Shown in pieces: positions 10,947 through 23,223 of a stretch of 64,000 bases of DNA; positions within the stretch are counted from its first letter, which is position 1, and the number at the start of each line of letters is the position of its first letter. Source of the stretch: Chrysemys picta bellii (taxonomy: Eukaryota); NCBI RefSeq assembly GCF_011386835.1, contig NC_088794.1:3968001-4032000 (forward strand). Reading direction: 5' to 3'. The notes under the pieces are model-generated. The model saw only the letters and a list, made by a program, of their open reading frames with translations, was not told the DNA's origin and did not search any database. Position numbers and translations under genes: made by a program.

Positions 10947-12939
10947 TCAAATATCAATGAAAATGTGCATCAAAATATCAAGTTTCAGTGAAAACTTTTC
11001 AGCCACATTTCAATTTTTGCTATTTTCCATCTCAATTTTGAGCACCAACAAAATTCCTCCTCAAAATATCACAAGCATTTCAACCCAAAAATTCCAGTGG
11101 CACTACTAATTTGGATATTTTCCATCAGAATTTTGACTCTCATTGAAATTTCCCCCCTACAAAAATGAAAATTCCACTGACATTTTTCATCAATTTCAAA
11201 TTTCACCACAACATTTTCACTGACATTTCAATTTTGATATTGTCTCCCATGATGGCAAATCTCATTGACGTTTTTCCTCAATCACACTTTGAAATTCCAA
11301 TAAAGTTTTGCATCCGTTTCCAATTTCAACAAAACATTTTCCATCAACATTTTGAATTTTGATATTTTCAAGCAGAATTCTGAATCTCTCTGAAATACTT
11401 TCTATCCGCATTTCTCAACACACGTCAGTGGTTGTAAAACTTCATATCCCAGTAAAACCAGCCATATTTCAATGAAAGTTTTCAACCCAACAAAAAAGTT
11501 CATTACAATTTCAAATTTCACTGGGGTCGGGGAGTAGAACCAAAATTCTACCTCAGAAATGTGGGAGGTGTGGAATTTCCATCCCATTTCCATTAACAGC
11601 CTCCAAAACGGACTCAAATATTTTAAAGCAGAAATACAGCCCTGATCTCTTTCAAGGGGAATCCATTTGTTCTGACCTCATCTCTAGGCACCAAAAAGGT
11701 CGTAAATTAACGCTATTTATTATCCGGATTGTGGTAGCATCTCTGAGCACCAACCATGGCCTAAGACCCCACTAGCACCCCCAGTGCTAGCCACTGTGCA
11801 GACACAGAGCTTGCAATCCAGTGTACAGTGGAGCGTGAAAGGAACAAGGAGCCAGTGTGTAGCAAGCACCCTGCTTGCTTTTAAAGGGACCCGATCCTTG
11901 ATTTTAATATCCGGTCCTCCCCATGGCATCTCTGCCCAGTCCAGAGCAGGAGCAACGGTGGATTTCATGGGTCCTCTTCCATAGCTGGCAGAATCACACA
12001 GTGGGGAACACAGGAACAGCTGCCCCAGAACAGTGGGCCCATCTACCCTGGTATCCCACCTCTACCAGTGACTGTCCCAGCTGCTTCAGAGAAAGGCAGA
12101 TCAACCCTCTCTCCCCCCGGTGGACAGTTCTGGAATAACTTGCCCCCAGGGAAAGGAAGATCCCACACCGGACCCCAGAGTAGGGTGGGTTTCATTTCCC
12201 TTCCCTCCCCTCCGACTATTGCTTATTGCGGGGTGAATAATGGAGTTTTCGGTTCACTGGCAGGACTGAAAAATTGGAGGGGAAAAAATTCAGGTTTTGG
12301 GTCAAAATTGAATGTTTATGAAATTTTCGGCAAATCAAAAGTTGAAAAAAAGTCCCATCTGGGGTCAAACCAAATATTTCGTTTGGCTTCTGAGCCTTGG
12401 TTTGTTTTTTAACGCTTTTGAGTTGTCATTTCAATCAAACCAAGGGAGGTTCTGAAACAAGCCGCCATTTGCAATCAGAACGGTGAAACATTTTCACTTT
12501 TTCGGGATTGATTTTGGGGTTTTTTCCAACCGAAACCATCTGCTGAAACTGACAAGGAACTGAAACGATTTCACGGAATCTGTCCATTTCACCCCCAACA
12601 AACTTTTGGCCGAAAAACGTCTCCCAGCGCTAGTTATTCCAAGAGTCCTATTGACTGTCACAACGTGGAATGCCCGCATTATCCTTAGCAATGTTCCATC
12701 CTTGTTTTATTTTATTTTTAATTCTAGGCTCTGCTGTTATGTAGTTGCAGATAGTTCCCCTGGCTAAGCAGAGCATGGATCAGCTCTCAAATCCCAGCCA
12801 CTGCAGTTCGAGGGAAGGTTCCCAGCGGAGTTCCTCCCGGGCCGGGAGATGAAATACACGTGTAATCGAGTGGCCCACATGGGAAAGGTTTGGGGGATGA
12901 GATCTCAAAGACCTTCACCAAGGATGTTGGTATACATAG

Positions 12940-13045
12940 CCCCATTTTACAGATGGAGAAACTGAAGCACAGAGAGGTGACATGATTTGTCCCAAGGTCA
13001 CCTGGCAGAGCTAGGGAGAGAACCCAGGAGTCCTGGCTGCCAGGG
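12940..13045 (-). mobile_element. MIR/CORE-SINE fragment
   Basis: cccattttacagatggagaaactgaagcacagagaggtgacatgatttgtcccaaggtcac, continuing into agaacccaggagtcctgg. Confidence 0.7.
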
Positions 13046-13399
13046 CACTACCCATTAGGCCACACTGCCTCCCACGACTGACTCGAGGCCTGGAAAGACA
13101 ACCGATAAGCACCTAAAGGAGGAGAGCTCTTGGAGCTAGCAGACAAAGGCCAATTGGGAGACAATGGCTGAGAGCAGAGAGGAGATAAATTCAAAGTTGG
13201 TAGAAGAGGAAATATTTTGTCTCTGGGGGAGTTGGGGGCCGGCTCACCCAGCACTGAGATGCAGCCACCGCTGAGGCAGGACAGCTGGGGAACAGCCGCA
13301 AAGCGACACCACCTGGGGACGGCTCACCGCACCCCACAATGAAATCGGATCCCCAAAGGGATCCCAACATGATCTAAATCACGTCCGTGTATTACATTT

Positions 13400-14480
13400 C
13401 TGCCCGAGCCCCTGCAAAACCAGCTACTCCCCCGACAGATCCCAGCACGACTCCCTGCAAAACCAGCCCCCCATCCCATCCCCACCTCCTGCAAAACCAA
13501 CCCCCCATCCCATCCCACCCCCACCTCCTGCAAAACCAGTCCCCCATCCCACCCCCACCCCCTGCAAAACCAGCCCCCCATCCCATCCCACCCCCACCCC
13601 CTGCAAAACCAGCCCCCCAGATCCCAGCACGACTCCCTACAAAACCAGTCCCCCATCCCATCCCACCCCCACCCCCTGCAAAACCAGTCCCCCATCCCAT
13701 CCCCACCCCCTGCAAAACCAACCCCCCCCCAGATCCCAGCACAAACCCCCACAAAACCAGCCCCCCATCCCATCCCCACCCTCTGCAAAACCAACCCCTC
13801 AGATCCCAGCACGACCCCCTGCAAAACCAGCCCCCCATCCCATCCCCACCCTCTGCAAAACCAGCCCCCAATCCCATCCCACCCCCAGCAAAACCAATCC
13901 CCCCCAGATCCCAGCACAAACCCCCACAAAACCAGCCCCCCATCCCATCCCCACCCCCTGCAAAACCAACCCCTCAGATCCCAGCACGACACCCTGCAAA
14001 ACCAGCCCCCCAGATCCCAGCACGACTCCCTGCAAAACCAGCCCCCCAACCCATCCCCACCCTCTGCAAAAGCAACACCCCAGATCCCAGCACGACCCCC
14101 TGAAAAACCAGCCCCCCATCCCAGTACAACCCCCCACAAAACCAGCCCCCCAGATCCCATCCCCACCCCCTGCAAAACCAACCCCCCCAGATCCCAGCAC
14201 GATCCCCTACAAAACCAGCCCCCCATCCCATCCCCACCCCCTGCAAAACCAACCCCCCAGATCCCAGCATGACCTCCCGCAAAACCAGCCCCCCAGATCC
14301 CGTCCGCACCCCCTGCAAAACCAGTCCCCCATACCAATCCCATCCCCACCCCCTGCAAAAGCAACCCCCCAAATCCCAGCACGATCCCCTGCAAAATCAG
14401 CCCCCCAGATCCCAGCACGATCCTCCACAAAACCAGCCCCCCCAATCCCAGCAGAACACCTTGCAAACCCAGGCTCCCCC
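13400..14480. repeat. C-rich minisatellite (cccctgcaaaaccagccccccatcccatcccca / cagatcccagcacga units) downstream of ZNF629
   Basis: More than 25 units sharing the gcaaaaccagcccc core. Confidence 0.95.
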
Positions 14481-14730
14481 AGATTCCGGCACAATCCCCA
14501 CAAAACCAGATCCCCTAGATCCCAGGGCAACCTCTCCCATTGCCAAACCAGATCCCCAGACCAGCCACCCCCACATCCACCAACCTCCCCTTCCTCGCCC
14601 CCAGCCTCCTGCCCCAGGGCCCTCAAACCTTCACGCCCATCCCACGACCCAGGTTCCAGCAGGCCCCCTTCCCTCCCCCAACCCCCAGCCCAGTCTTGAG
14701 CTATGAACTGGCCAGGTGCCCTTGGGGGCC

Positions 14731-17510
14731 TCACACCCTGTCCCCCACGTGGTTCTGGAGGTGTTGGAGGAGCACAGAGCCCCCCTGGGAGCCTTTGCCA
14801 CATTCCGGGCGCGCCAGAGACATCCCCCCATCGCGGCGGGCGGCCGTGGCCGGGCCGCGGCCTGATGGCTGGAGGCGGGGCCGAGCCGGGGCCGAGCCGC
14901 CGGGAGGAAGGGAGTTGTCTGCCGCGTGCCTCCGTGGGCCACGCCCGGCCACGTGGTTCCCCTGGCGCAAGAGGATGGCGGAGATCTCGGCACAGCTCTT
15001 GCGGCTTTTCTCCCCAGGCCCGGCCGGCTCCCCTCCAGCGTGGACCTCTCGGTGCTGGGCCAGGGCTGCCGCGTCTGGGAAGCCGCGCCCACACTCCGGG
15101 CACCGGAAGGGCTTGGGGTGGGAGGCCAGGTGGCGGGAGAGACCCAAGCCCTCGGCAAAGCTCTGGCCGCAGTCGTGGCACTTGTAGGGTTCGGTGGCCG
15201 GGCGCCGGATGAGGCTGGCCATTTCACCCGAGCCGGGGCGGCCGCCAGTGGCTGAGCCGGCGGGGGAGGGATCTGCCGCGGGCCGGCCTCTTTGGTGGAT
15301 GCCCGGAGCTGCGTGGGACGGTTCCGCCCTGGGGTGGCCTTTTTCGTGGACACCAAGCTCTGAGCTGTCACGGACGGGCTCCCCCTCGGCGTGGCTTCTT
15401 TCGTGGGCACCGGCCGCCGAGCACTCGTGGAAGGGCTTGGCTGGGGTGCAGCCTCTCTGGTGGGCCCCTGGCGCCGAGCTCGCCCCGAGCCCCTGCCCGC
15501 AGTCGGGGCACCTCAGCTTTTCCCTGATGTGGTTCCTCTGGTGCTGGGTGAGGGCAGAGATGTCGCCAAAGCTTTGCCCACAGTCAGGGCACTTGTAAAG
15601 CTTTTCACGCATGTGAGTGATCTGGTGCCGGGTCAGGGCCGCGCTGTCCTTACAGCTCTGCCCGCATTCCGGGCAGATGCACGGGGCATGGATCTCCTGG
15701 TGCTTGGCCAGCGCGGAGCTATCTCCAAAGCTTTCCCCGCAATCATCGCAGATGGAAGATGAATGGATCTCCTGATGCTTGGCCAACGCGGAGCTATCTC
15801 CAAAACTTTCCCCGCAGTCGTTACAGATGCAAGACACATGGGTTATCTGGTGCTTGGCCAGCGCGGCGCTATCTCCAAAGCTTTCCCCACAATCATCGCA
15901 GATGCAAGATGAATGGATCTCCTGGTGCTTGGCCAACGCTGAGCTATCTCCAAAACTTTCCCCGCAGTCGTTACAGATGCAAGACACATGGGTTATCTGG
16001 TGCTTGGCCAGCGCGGAGCTATCGCCAAAGCTTTCCCCGCAATCATCGCAGATGCAAGATGAATGGATCTCCTGGTGCTTGGCCAACACTGAGCTATCTC
16101 CAAAACTTTTCCCACAATCGTTGCAGATGCAAGTCTCCCGGCTCTCCCCGAGCCCCCTGCCTCCCGCCCCGCCGCTATGCCCTTCCTCCTGGTGCCGCCG
16201 CAGGGCCTCCTCCTCGGCGAAGCGCTGGCCGCATTCGTGGCACACGTGGGGCCGCTCCTCCATGTGGATGCGCTCGTGGGTGATGAGGTTGGAGCTCTGG
16301 CTGAAGGCCTTGCCGCACTCGGAGCAGCGGTAGGGCTTCTCGCCGGTGTGGGTGCGGCGGTGCTGGATGAGGTGGGAGCTGCGGACGAAGCTCTTCCCGC
16401 ACTCGGCGCACTGGTAGGGCTTCTCGCCGGTGTGGATCCGCTGGTGCCGGATCAGGGTGGAGCTCATGCCGAAGCTCTTCCCGCACTCCCCGCACCGGTA
16501 GGGCTTCTCGCCCCGGTGGATCCGCATGTGCAGGGTGAGGTTGGAGCTGAGGCTAAAGCTCTGGCCGCACTCGGCGCAGGCGTAGGGCCGCTCCTCGGTG
16601 TGGCAGCGCTGGTGGCGGGCCAGGGCCGAACTGAGCCCGAAGGTCTTGTGGCAGGTGGGGCACTTGTAGGGCTCCACCCCCATGTGCAGCCGCTGGTGCT
16701 TGACCAGCGTGGCGCTGTGCCCGAAGCTCTTCCCGCACTGCAAGCATTCGTAGGGCTTCTCGCCGGTGTGGGTGCGCTGGTGCTGGATGAGCTCCGAGCT
16801 CTGGATGAACGTCTTCCCGCACTCGGTGCACCGGAAGGGTTTCTCCCCGGCGTGGATCTTCTGGTGCTTGACCAGGTTGGCGCTCTGGGTGAAGCCTTTG
16901 CCGCACTGGGCGCACTTGAAGGGCCGCTCGCCGGTGTGGGTGATCTGGTGCTGGATGAGGTCGGAGCTGCGGTAGAAGCTCTTCTTGCAGTCGCCGCACT
17001 GGTAGGGCTTCTCGCCGGTGTGGGAGCGCTGGTGCTTGATGAGGTTGGTGCTCTGGCTGAAGGCCTTGCCGCACTCCCCGCACTGGTAGGGCTTCTCGCC
17101 GGTGTGGGTGCGCTGGTGCTGGATGAGGTTGGAGCTCCAGCTGAAGCTCTTGCCGCACTCGGAGCAGCGGTAGGGCTTCTCGCCGGTGTGGGTGCGCTGG
17201 TGCTGGACGAGGTGGGAGCTCTGGGTGAAGCTCTTCCCGCACTCGGTGCAAGTGTTGGGCCGCTCGCCCGTGTGGATGCGCTGGTGCCGCACCAGCTTGG
17301 ACCACTGGGTGAAGCTCTTCCCGCACTCGTTGCAGATGTAGGGGCGCTCGCCCTTGCGCTGCGGCGGGGCAGGGGGCCGGGCGGAGGAGGACGGGGGCTC
17401 AAGGCGGGGCGGGCGGCCCGCCTGGGTCCAGGAAAGGTTCTCCCACGGCCACTTGGGGCCGGCGACCTTGGGGTCCTGGGGAGGTTTGTCCTCCGGCGAC
17501 GTCCACTCCG
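14731..17510 (-). CDS. ZNF629: ZNF629 orthologue, large terminal exon with ~24 C2H2 fingers
   Basis: Acceptor tctcctcctttcccccAG|CG at 17511/17510; open frame to the stop at 14731. Finger series [65 protein letters not shown] matches recalled human ZNF629; lies next to BCL7C. Confidence 0.85.
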
Positions 17511-17865
17511 CTGGGGGAAAGGAGGAGAGAAAGATGATAAGAATGTGTCAGGACTCCTGGATTCTATCCCAGCTCTGGGAGGGGAGTGGGGTCTAGTGGG
17601 TTAGAGCTGGGGGGGCTGGGAGCCAGGATTCCTGGGTTCTCTCCCCAGCTCTGGGAGGGGAGTGGGGACTAGTGGGTTAGAGCAGTAAAGGTTGCACCCT
17701 CGCTACAGGACCAGATATAGAACCCAGGAGTCCTGGCTCCCAGCCCCGCCCCCTGCTTTAACCATTAGACCCCACTCCCCTCCCAGAGACCCAAGGAGCC
17801 CAGCCTCAGTTGATTCCTGGACAGTCTCCAAGCCGGTCTCTCCCACTCCTCATGCGTGTGGGTAC

Positions 17866-17967
17866 CTCCTGAGATCACCCTTTCCTCGGAGCCCTGGAGA
17901 TCCGGGACGCTCGGCTCTTCCCCTCTCTCCATCCGGGAGGTCACAGCGGGGGAAGAATCGGAGTAAT
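17866..17967 (-). CDS. ZNF629: KRAB-B-box-derived exon of ZNF629 (…[23 protein letters not shown]); in-frame ATG at 17932
   Basis: Acceptor tgtgcAG|AT at 17967; candidate donor GGAG|GTACCC at 17866 (weak). Length 102 nt, phase 1-1, compatible with the downstream exon. Confidence 0.6.
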
Positions 17968-18004
17968 CTGCACACGGAGAAAAGAAAAACAGATAATTGC
18001 ACAG

Positions 18005-18300
18005 GGAGGAGAGAACCCAGGAGTCCTGGCTCCCAGCCCCCCCTGCTCTAACCCACTAGCCCCCACTCCCCTCCCAGAGTTGGGGAGAGAACCCAGGAGT
18101 CCTGGCTCCCAGCCCCCCCTGCTCTAACCACTAGACTCCACTCCCCTCCCAGAGTTGGGGAGAGAACCCAAGAGTCCTGGCTCCCAGCCCCCCCTGCTCT
18201 AACCACTAGACCCCACTCCCCTCCCAGAGTTGGGGAGAGAACCCAGGAGTCCTGGCTCCCAGCCCCCCCCTGCTCTAACCACTAGCCCCCACTCCCCTCC
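18005..18300. repeat. Tandem ~70-bp tRNA/MIR-head units
   Basis: 4 units. Further units at 17560-17790, 20225-20420, 22170-22500, 25300-25620 and 27000-27280. Confidence 0.85.
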
Positions 18301-19164
18301 CCTCCCAGATCCCTGTCCCCACAGGTGTCAGTGGGGGTTGCTCCAGATTTACACAGGGGTCCCCGAGATCCGACGCCTGATTCCGGAGCCCCAGGAACCT
18401 GACCTCCCGGCCTGGGTTATTCAGACGAAATTTACAGCCCTTGTCAGTTTCCATGCAGGATTTTGGGTTTTTTTTTTAACCTTCAAAGCAATTAGAGCCA
18501 TTAGCTAATTAATCCTCCCAACAGCCCTGTGAGGTAGGTATTCTTAGCCCTGCCTGATACACTGGGAGCGGAATTGGAAGGATGAAGTCATGTGCCCGGG
18601 GGCACACGATGAGTCAGTGGCAGAGTTGAGATTTCGGGCTCCGAAATCCCTGGTTGCAAGCCCAGCTCACCCAGTTTAGGGACAGGGTCCCTGAGATCAG
18701 AACCCAGCCGTGACTGCACTGGGGTCGCTCCGGATTTGCACCAGGATCCGGTCCTGACTTCCTTGAAACTGGATTTAGCTGCTTCGCTTTCACTCCTCAA
18801 CTCAGGAAACCTGGACCACGCGTTTGGTTTTTATCCCTTTAAAAACCCGACAACACCTTCCCCACCCCCTGCTGTGTTTTCAGCAACTTTAAAGCCACCT
18901 AACAGCCTGTGGACTCTTTTAATTACTATTATGATTTAAAATTACAGGACCACCATTCTGCTGGGAGCTGGACAGACCCTGACTGAGATCAGGGGCCCCT
19001 GTCGTGTCAGGTGCTGCACAAACCCGGATAGAGATCGGGCCCTAGCACACATGGTGCTGCACTATATAAGACCCCACTTTTCTTCCAGAGCTCAACATAG
19101 AACCCAGGAGTCCTGGCTCCCAGCCCCCCCTGCTCTAACCCATTAGCCCCCTAGGACACGTGGT

Positions 19165-19720
19165 GACTGCAATTGAAGCCCATTGCTTCTTGTCCTGTCT
19201 GCAGCAGATAAGGAGAAGAATCGATCACCCTGCTTTTTGTAACCCTCTTTTATGTGCTCGAAAACTGTGCTCGGGTCCCCTTTCTGTCTTCCCTTCTCCA
19301 GACGAAACCAACCCCGGTTTTTCAACCTCTCCCCGTAAATCCCGTTTTCTGGACCGTTCCCTCCTTTTTGTGGCTCTTTCTCCAACACGTGGGGCCCAGA
19401 ACTGAACACAGCTGAGGCCTTCGCAGCGCTGAGCGCGGAGGTAGAATGACTTCCCGGCTCTCGCCTGCATCCCCCCAGAACAACGTTCGCGGGGCGGGGT
19501 TTGGCAACCGCATCACCTTGTTGACTCATATTTCGTCTGTGATCCATTCTTGGCCCCGGGTCCTTTTCTGCAGCACTGTCTCCTAGGCCGTCATTCCCCG
19601 CTTTGGGCCACGGATTGCTGCTGTCTGAGCTTCGTCCTTTGCATGGGTCCTTCCTGAATTTCATCCTATTTAAACGGCCGGGCCCAGGATCCGTCTGCCT
19701 TCCTGTATAACCCAGGCCGG
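19165..19720 (-). mobile_element. Degenerate CR1 LINE 3' fragment
   Basis: ORF 19143..19859 contains AAEKDPG..DHRRNMSQQGDAVAK..NVVLG and DRTRSNGLQLQ. Confidence 0.8.
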
Positions 19721-21159
19721 AGAACTGCACCCGCTTCCCCTGGTAGGGAGCCCAGTCACTTGTGTTTGGTTCAAGCCTCTTCCGAGAAGGCAGCCAGTCG
19801 AGATGGGAAGGCCTCAAGAGATGGAAAATCCTTAGGGGTTTGTTCCAATGGACAATCACCCACAGCCTTGAACAGGTGCTGCCTCATTCCACATGGGAAT
19901 GTGTTTGGGTTTTAGCTGCCGGCCATGGCTTTTTCAGCCCTTTCTCTGCTAGGTTCAGGAGCTCGTCAGTAGCAAGGACTGTCTCCGGTCGCCTCTCCAT
20001 CTTCCTTTGGCTGAGCTCTGGAAGTCTCTCGCTCGCAGTGGCTTTCTCCCGCCCTCGCCTAGTTTTTGTGGGGCCACCTCCCTGCCCCCAGAACTGCCAG
20101 CAGCATTGACGCTCTGGTTAATATGGCCGAGGGTCCAGTTAGCCCTTTGTATCACGGGGAGCTCGTGTTGGGTTGTGTGGCTGTTACGAACCCCGAGTCT
20201 TTTCAGAGTCACTGCTTCCCAGGACTCAGTCCCCACTCCCCTCCCAGAGCCAGGGACAGAACCCAGGAGTCCTGGCTCTCAGCACCCCCTGCTCTAACCA
20301 CTAGTCCCCACTCCCCTCCCAGAGCCAGGGACAGAACCCAGGAGTCCTGGCTTCCAAGCACCGCTGCTCTAACCACTAGACCCCACTCCCGTCCCAGAGA
20401 ACGCAGGACTCCTGACTTCTGGTCAGGCGATTTTGTGGGGCCTCTCCGAAGCCACCCCCAATCTGGAACCCTGACACAAGCCCTAGACAAGGTGCGCCTG
20501 GACCAGTCTCGCCAGCCTCAGACGGAGAGGGAAAACCAGCGCCCTCCGCCGTGCATCTCCGTCCAGGGACGCCGCTCGCTCTCGCAGCCACCGCACTAGA
20601 CGCCGTGTGATGGCACAGAAGTGACTGGGCTGTATTTTAACGCAGATCAACCCCTCGTTCACTAGGGATTAGCAATGACCCCCCCCCATCCCTCCCCGGC
20701 TACCTGTGGAGCAACGGAAGAGCTGGACAAGGTTTGAACAGGCACATTTCTGGGAGAACCAGCACCCCTGACCCCCACTGACTCGGTTGGGGGTCCCTGC
20801 TGGACTGAGGGGTGGCTCCCAGCCCCCACTAATACTGCTTGGGGCGGGGGCTGGGAGCCAGGATTCCTGGGTTCTTTCCCCAGCTGCAGAAGGGAAGTGG
20901 GGTCTAATGGGTTAAAGTGTGTGTGTGTGGGGGGGGGGGTTCTATCTCTTGCACTGGGAGAGGAATGGGGTCTGGTGGGTTAAAGTGTGTGTGTGGGGGG
21001 GGGAGGTTTCTATCTCTTGCACTGGGAGGGGAATGGGGTCTGGTGGGTTAGAGTAAGGGAGGTAGGAAGCCCGGACGCCTGGGTTCTTTCCCTAGCTGAG
21101 TGGGGTCGAGTGGATTAAGGGGGGAGCCCGGACTCCTGGGTTCTCTCTCTTGCACGGGG

Positions 21160-21570
21160 AGGGCTAGAGCGGCGTCTCCCTCTGAACCGCCCCCCGCTCC
21201 CCCTCTATTGTTCCCGCTGCCCCCCCCGGGCCCCACTCACCGCTCCGGCCGGCGCTGCCCGGGGAGGGGGAGCGCTACGCCCCCCGGCTGCCCGTGCGCA
21301 CAGCGGCCCCCATGGCCCGGGCTCGCATCCGGGCTCCCCCCGGGGTGGGCAGGCGCCGGGCCGGGGCTCAGGGTGACTGGCTGGCGAGCGGAGGAAGGTC
21401 CCTTTACGTATCCTGTCCCCAACCCACCCACCCTGTTACGTTACTTCCCGCTCCCGCCTGCTCCCGGCGCCAGCAAGGAACACGCTCTATGGTCCTTCGC
21501 CCCGCGGCGCGGAACAGCTGGGCGCGGGTTCGAGCTCCGCCTCCGCCGGGGGGCCGGACTCCTGGGTTCT
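21160..21570 (-). promoter_or_regulatory. CpG island, probable ZNF629 promoter and non-coding first exon
   Basis: Dense CpG; minus-strand donor GGAGCG|GTGAGTGG at about 21241/21240. Confidence 0.55.
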
Positions 21571-21680
21571 CTCCCTAGCTCTGCCAGGGGAGTGGGGACT
21601 GGTGGTTAGAGCAGTGGGGGGCTGGGAGCCAGGACTCCTGGGTTCTCTCCCCAGCCTCGGAGGGGAGGGGGGGTCTCAGG

Positions 21681-21880
21681 CAGGGCTTCTCAAACTGGGG
21701 GTTGTGACCCCTCAGGGGGGTCACGAGCTGCCAGCCTCCACCCCAAACCCTGCTTTGCCTCCAGCATTTATAATAGTGTTAAATATTAAAAAATGGGTTT
21801 AATTTATAAGGTGGGGGGGGTCGCACTCATAGGCTTGCTGTGTGAAAGGGGTCACCAATACAAAAATTTAAGAACCACTG
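21681..21880. mobile_element. hAT-type MITE
   Basis: TIR cagggcttctcaaact ... aatttaagaaccactg. TSD is degenerate. Confidence 0.75.
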
Positions 21881-22704
21881 GTCTACTGGGTTAGAGCAGG
21901 GGGGGCTAGGAGCCAGGACACCTGGGTTCTCTGCCTGGCTCTGGGAGGGGTGTGGGGTCTAGAGTGTCCTATCACAGCAAATAATTCCTGCTCCCCCACT
22001 ACCATGACTGTCTCCTCTTCTGGTTAAAATTCTCCTGTCAGTTACACAGATGCCATGTGCCACCAATGGGGTTGGCCTGGTGTGTAGGGGAAGGAAATAC
22101 GTAGACATTTTTGTTTTGGGAGTACACAGTTCTGGTTCCTAGATTGCCCCCCTAGGCTGCACTCCCCTCACAGAGCTGGGGAGAGAACCCAGGAGTCCTG
22201 GCTCCCAGCTCCCCTGTTCTAACCACTAGACCCCACTCCCCTCGCAGAGCTGGGGAGAGAACCCAGGCGTTCTGGCTCCCAGCCCCCCCACCCCCCGCTC
22301 TAACCACTAGATCCCACTCCCCGCACAGAGCTGGGGAGAGAACCCAGGAGTCCTGGCTCCCAGCTCCCCTGTTCTAACCACTAGCCCCCACTCCCCTCAC
22401 AGAGCTGGGGAGAGAACCCAGGAGTTCTGGCTCCCAGCCCCCCCCCCCCGCTTTAACCACTAGATCCCACTACCCGCCCAGAGTCAGGGATAGAACCCAG
22501 GCGTCCTGCTGTAAATGCAGGCTGAGCTTGTTAGCGCATCTCCCGGCTGCACCACCTGGGGCTTGAATTCAAACACCCCCAAGCGTCACGAGACTGAAGA
22601 TAAAAAACGGCGAGCGTTGGTGCCGGCTTCTGAAATCTCCAGTTACACAGCAGAGAATTGCAGTGCTAAGGACACCCCGGAAACCCCAGCCCAGAATCGG
22701 AAGG

Positions 22705-23223
22705 GAGGCCACACCTGGATACTGTGTCCGGTTTTGGTCCCCCCGCTACAGAAGGGATGTGGACAAATTGGAGAGAGTCCAGCGGAGGGCAACGAAAATG
22801 ATCAGGGGACTGGAGCACATGACTTATGAGGAGAGGCTGAGGGAACTGGGATTGTTTAGTCTCCAGAAGAGAAGAATGAGGGGGGATTTGATAGCTGCTT
22901 TCCACTACCTGAAGGGGGGTTCCAAAGAGGATGGAGCTCGGCTGTTCTCAGTGGTGGCAGATCACAGAACAAGGAGCAATGGTCTCAAGTTGCAGTGCGG
23001 GGGTCTACGCTGGATATTAGGAAACACTATTTCACTAGGAGGGTGGTGAAGCACTGGAATGCGTTACCTAGGGAGATGGTGGAATCTCCTTCCTTAGAGG
23101 TGTTTAAGGCCCGGCTTGACAAAGTCCTGGCTGGGATGATTTAGCTGGGGATTGGTCCTGCTTTGAGCAGGGGGTTGGACTAGATACCTCCTGAGGTCTC
23201 TTCCAACCCTGATCTTCTATGAT
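22705..23223 (+). mobile_element. CR1 LINE 3' fragment
   Basis: [48 protein letters not shown]... followed by the CR1 3'UTR ending ttctatgat. Confidence 0.95.

Larger units (their letters stand above)
9950..11640. repeat. AT-rich degenerate repeat island (ttttcatc/aatttcaaatt motifs)
   Basis: Abrupt drop in GC content with recurring short motifs and no coding signal. Confidence 0.6.

Noticed and set aside
19880-20600. Possible KRAB-A or upstream coding exons for ZNF629
   Set aside because: No VTF.DVAV.F..EEW motif in any frame; only short unrecognisable ORFs.
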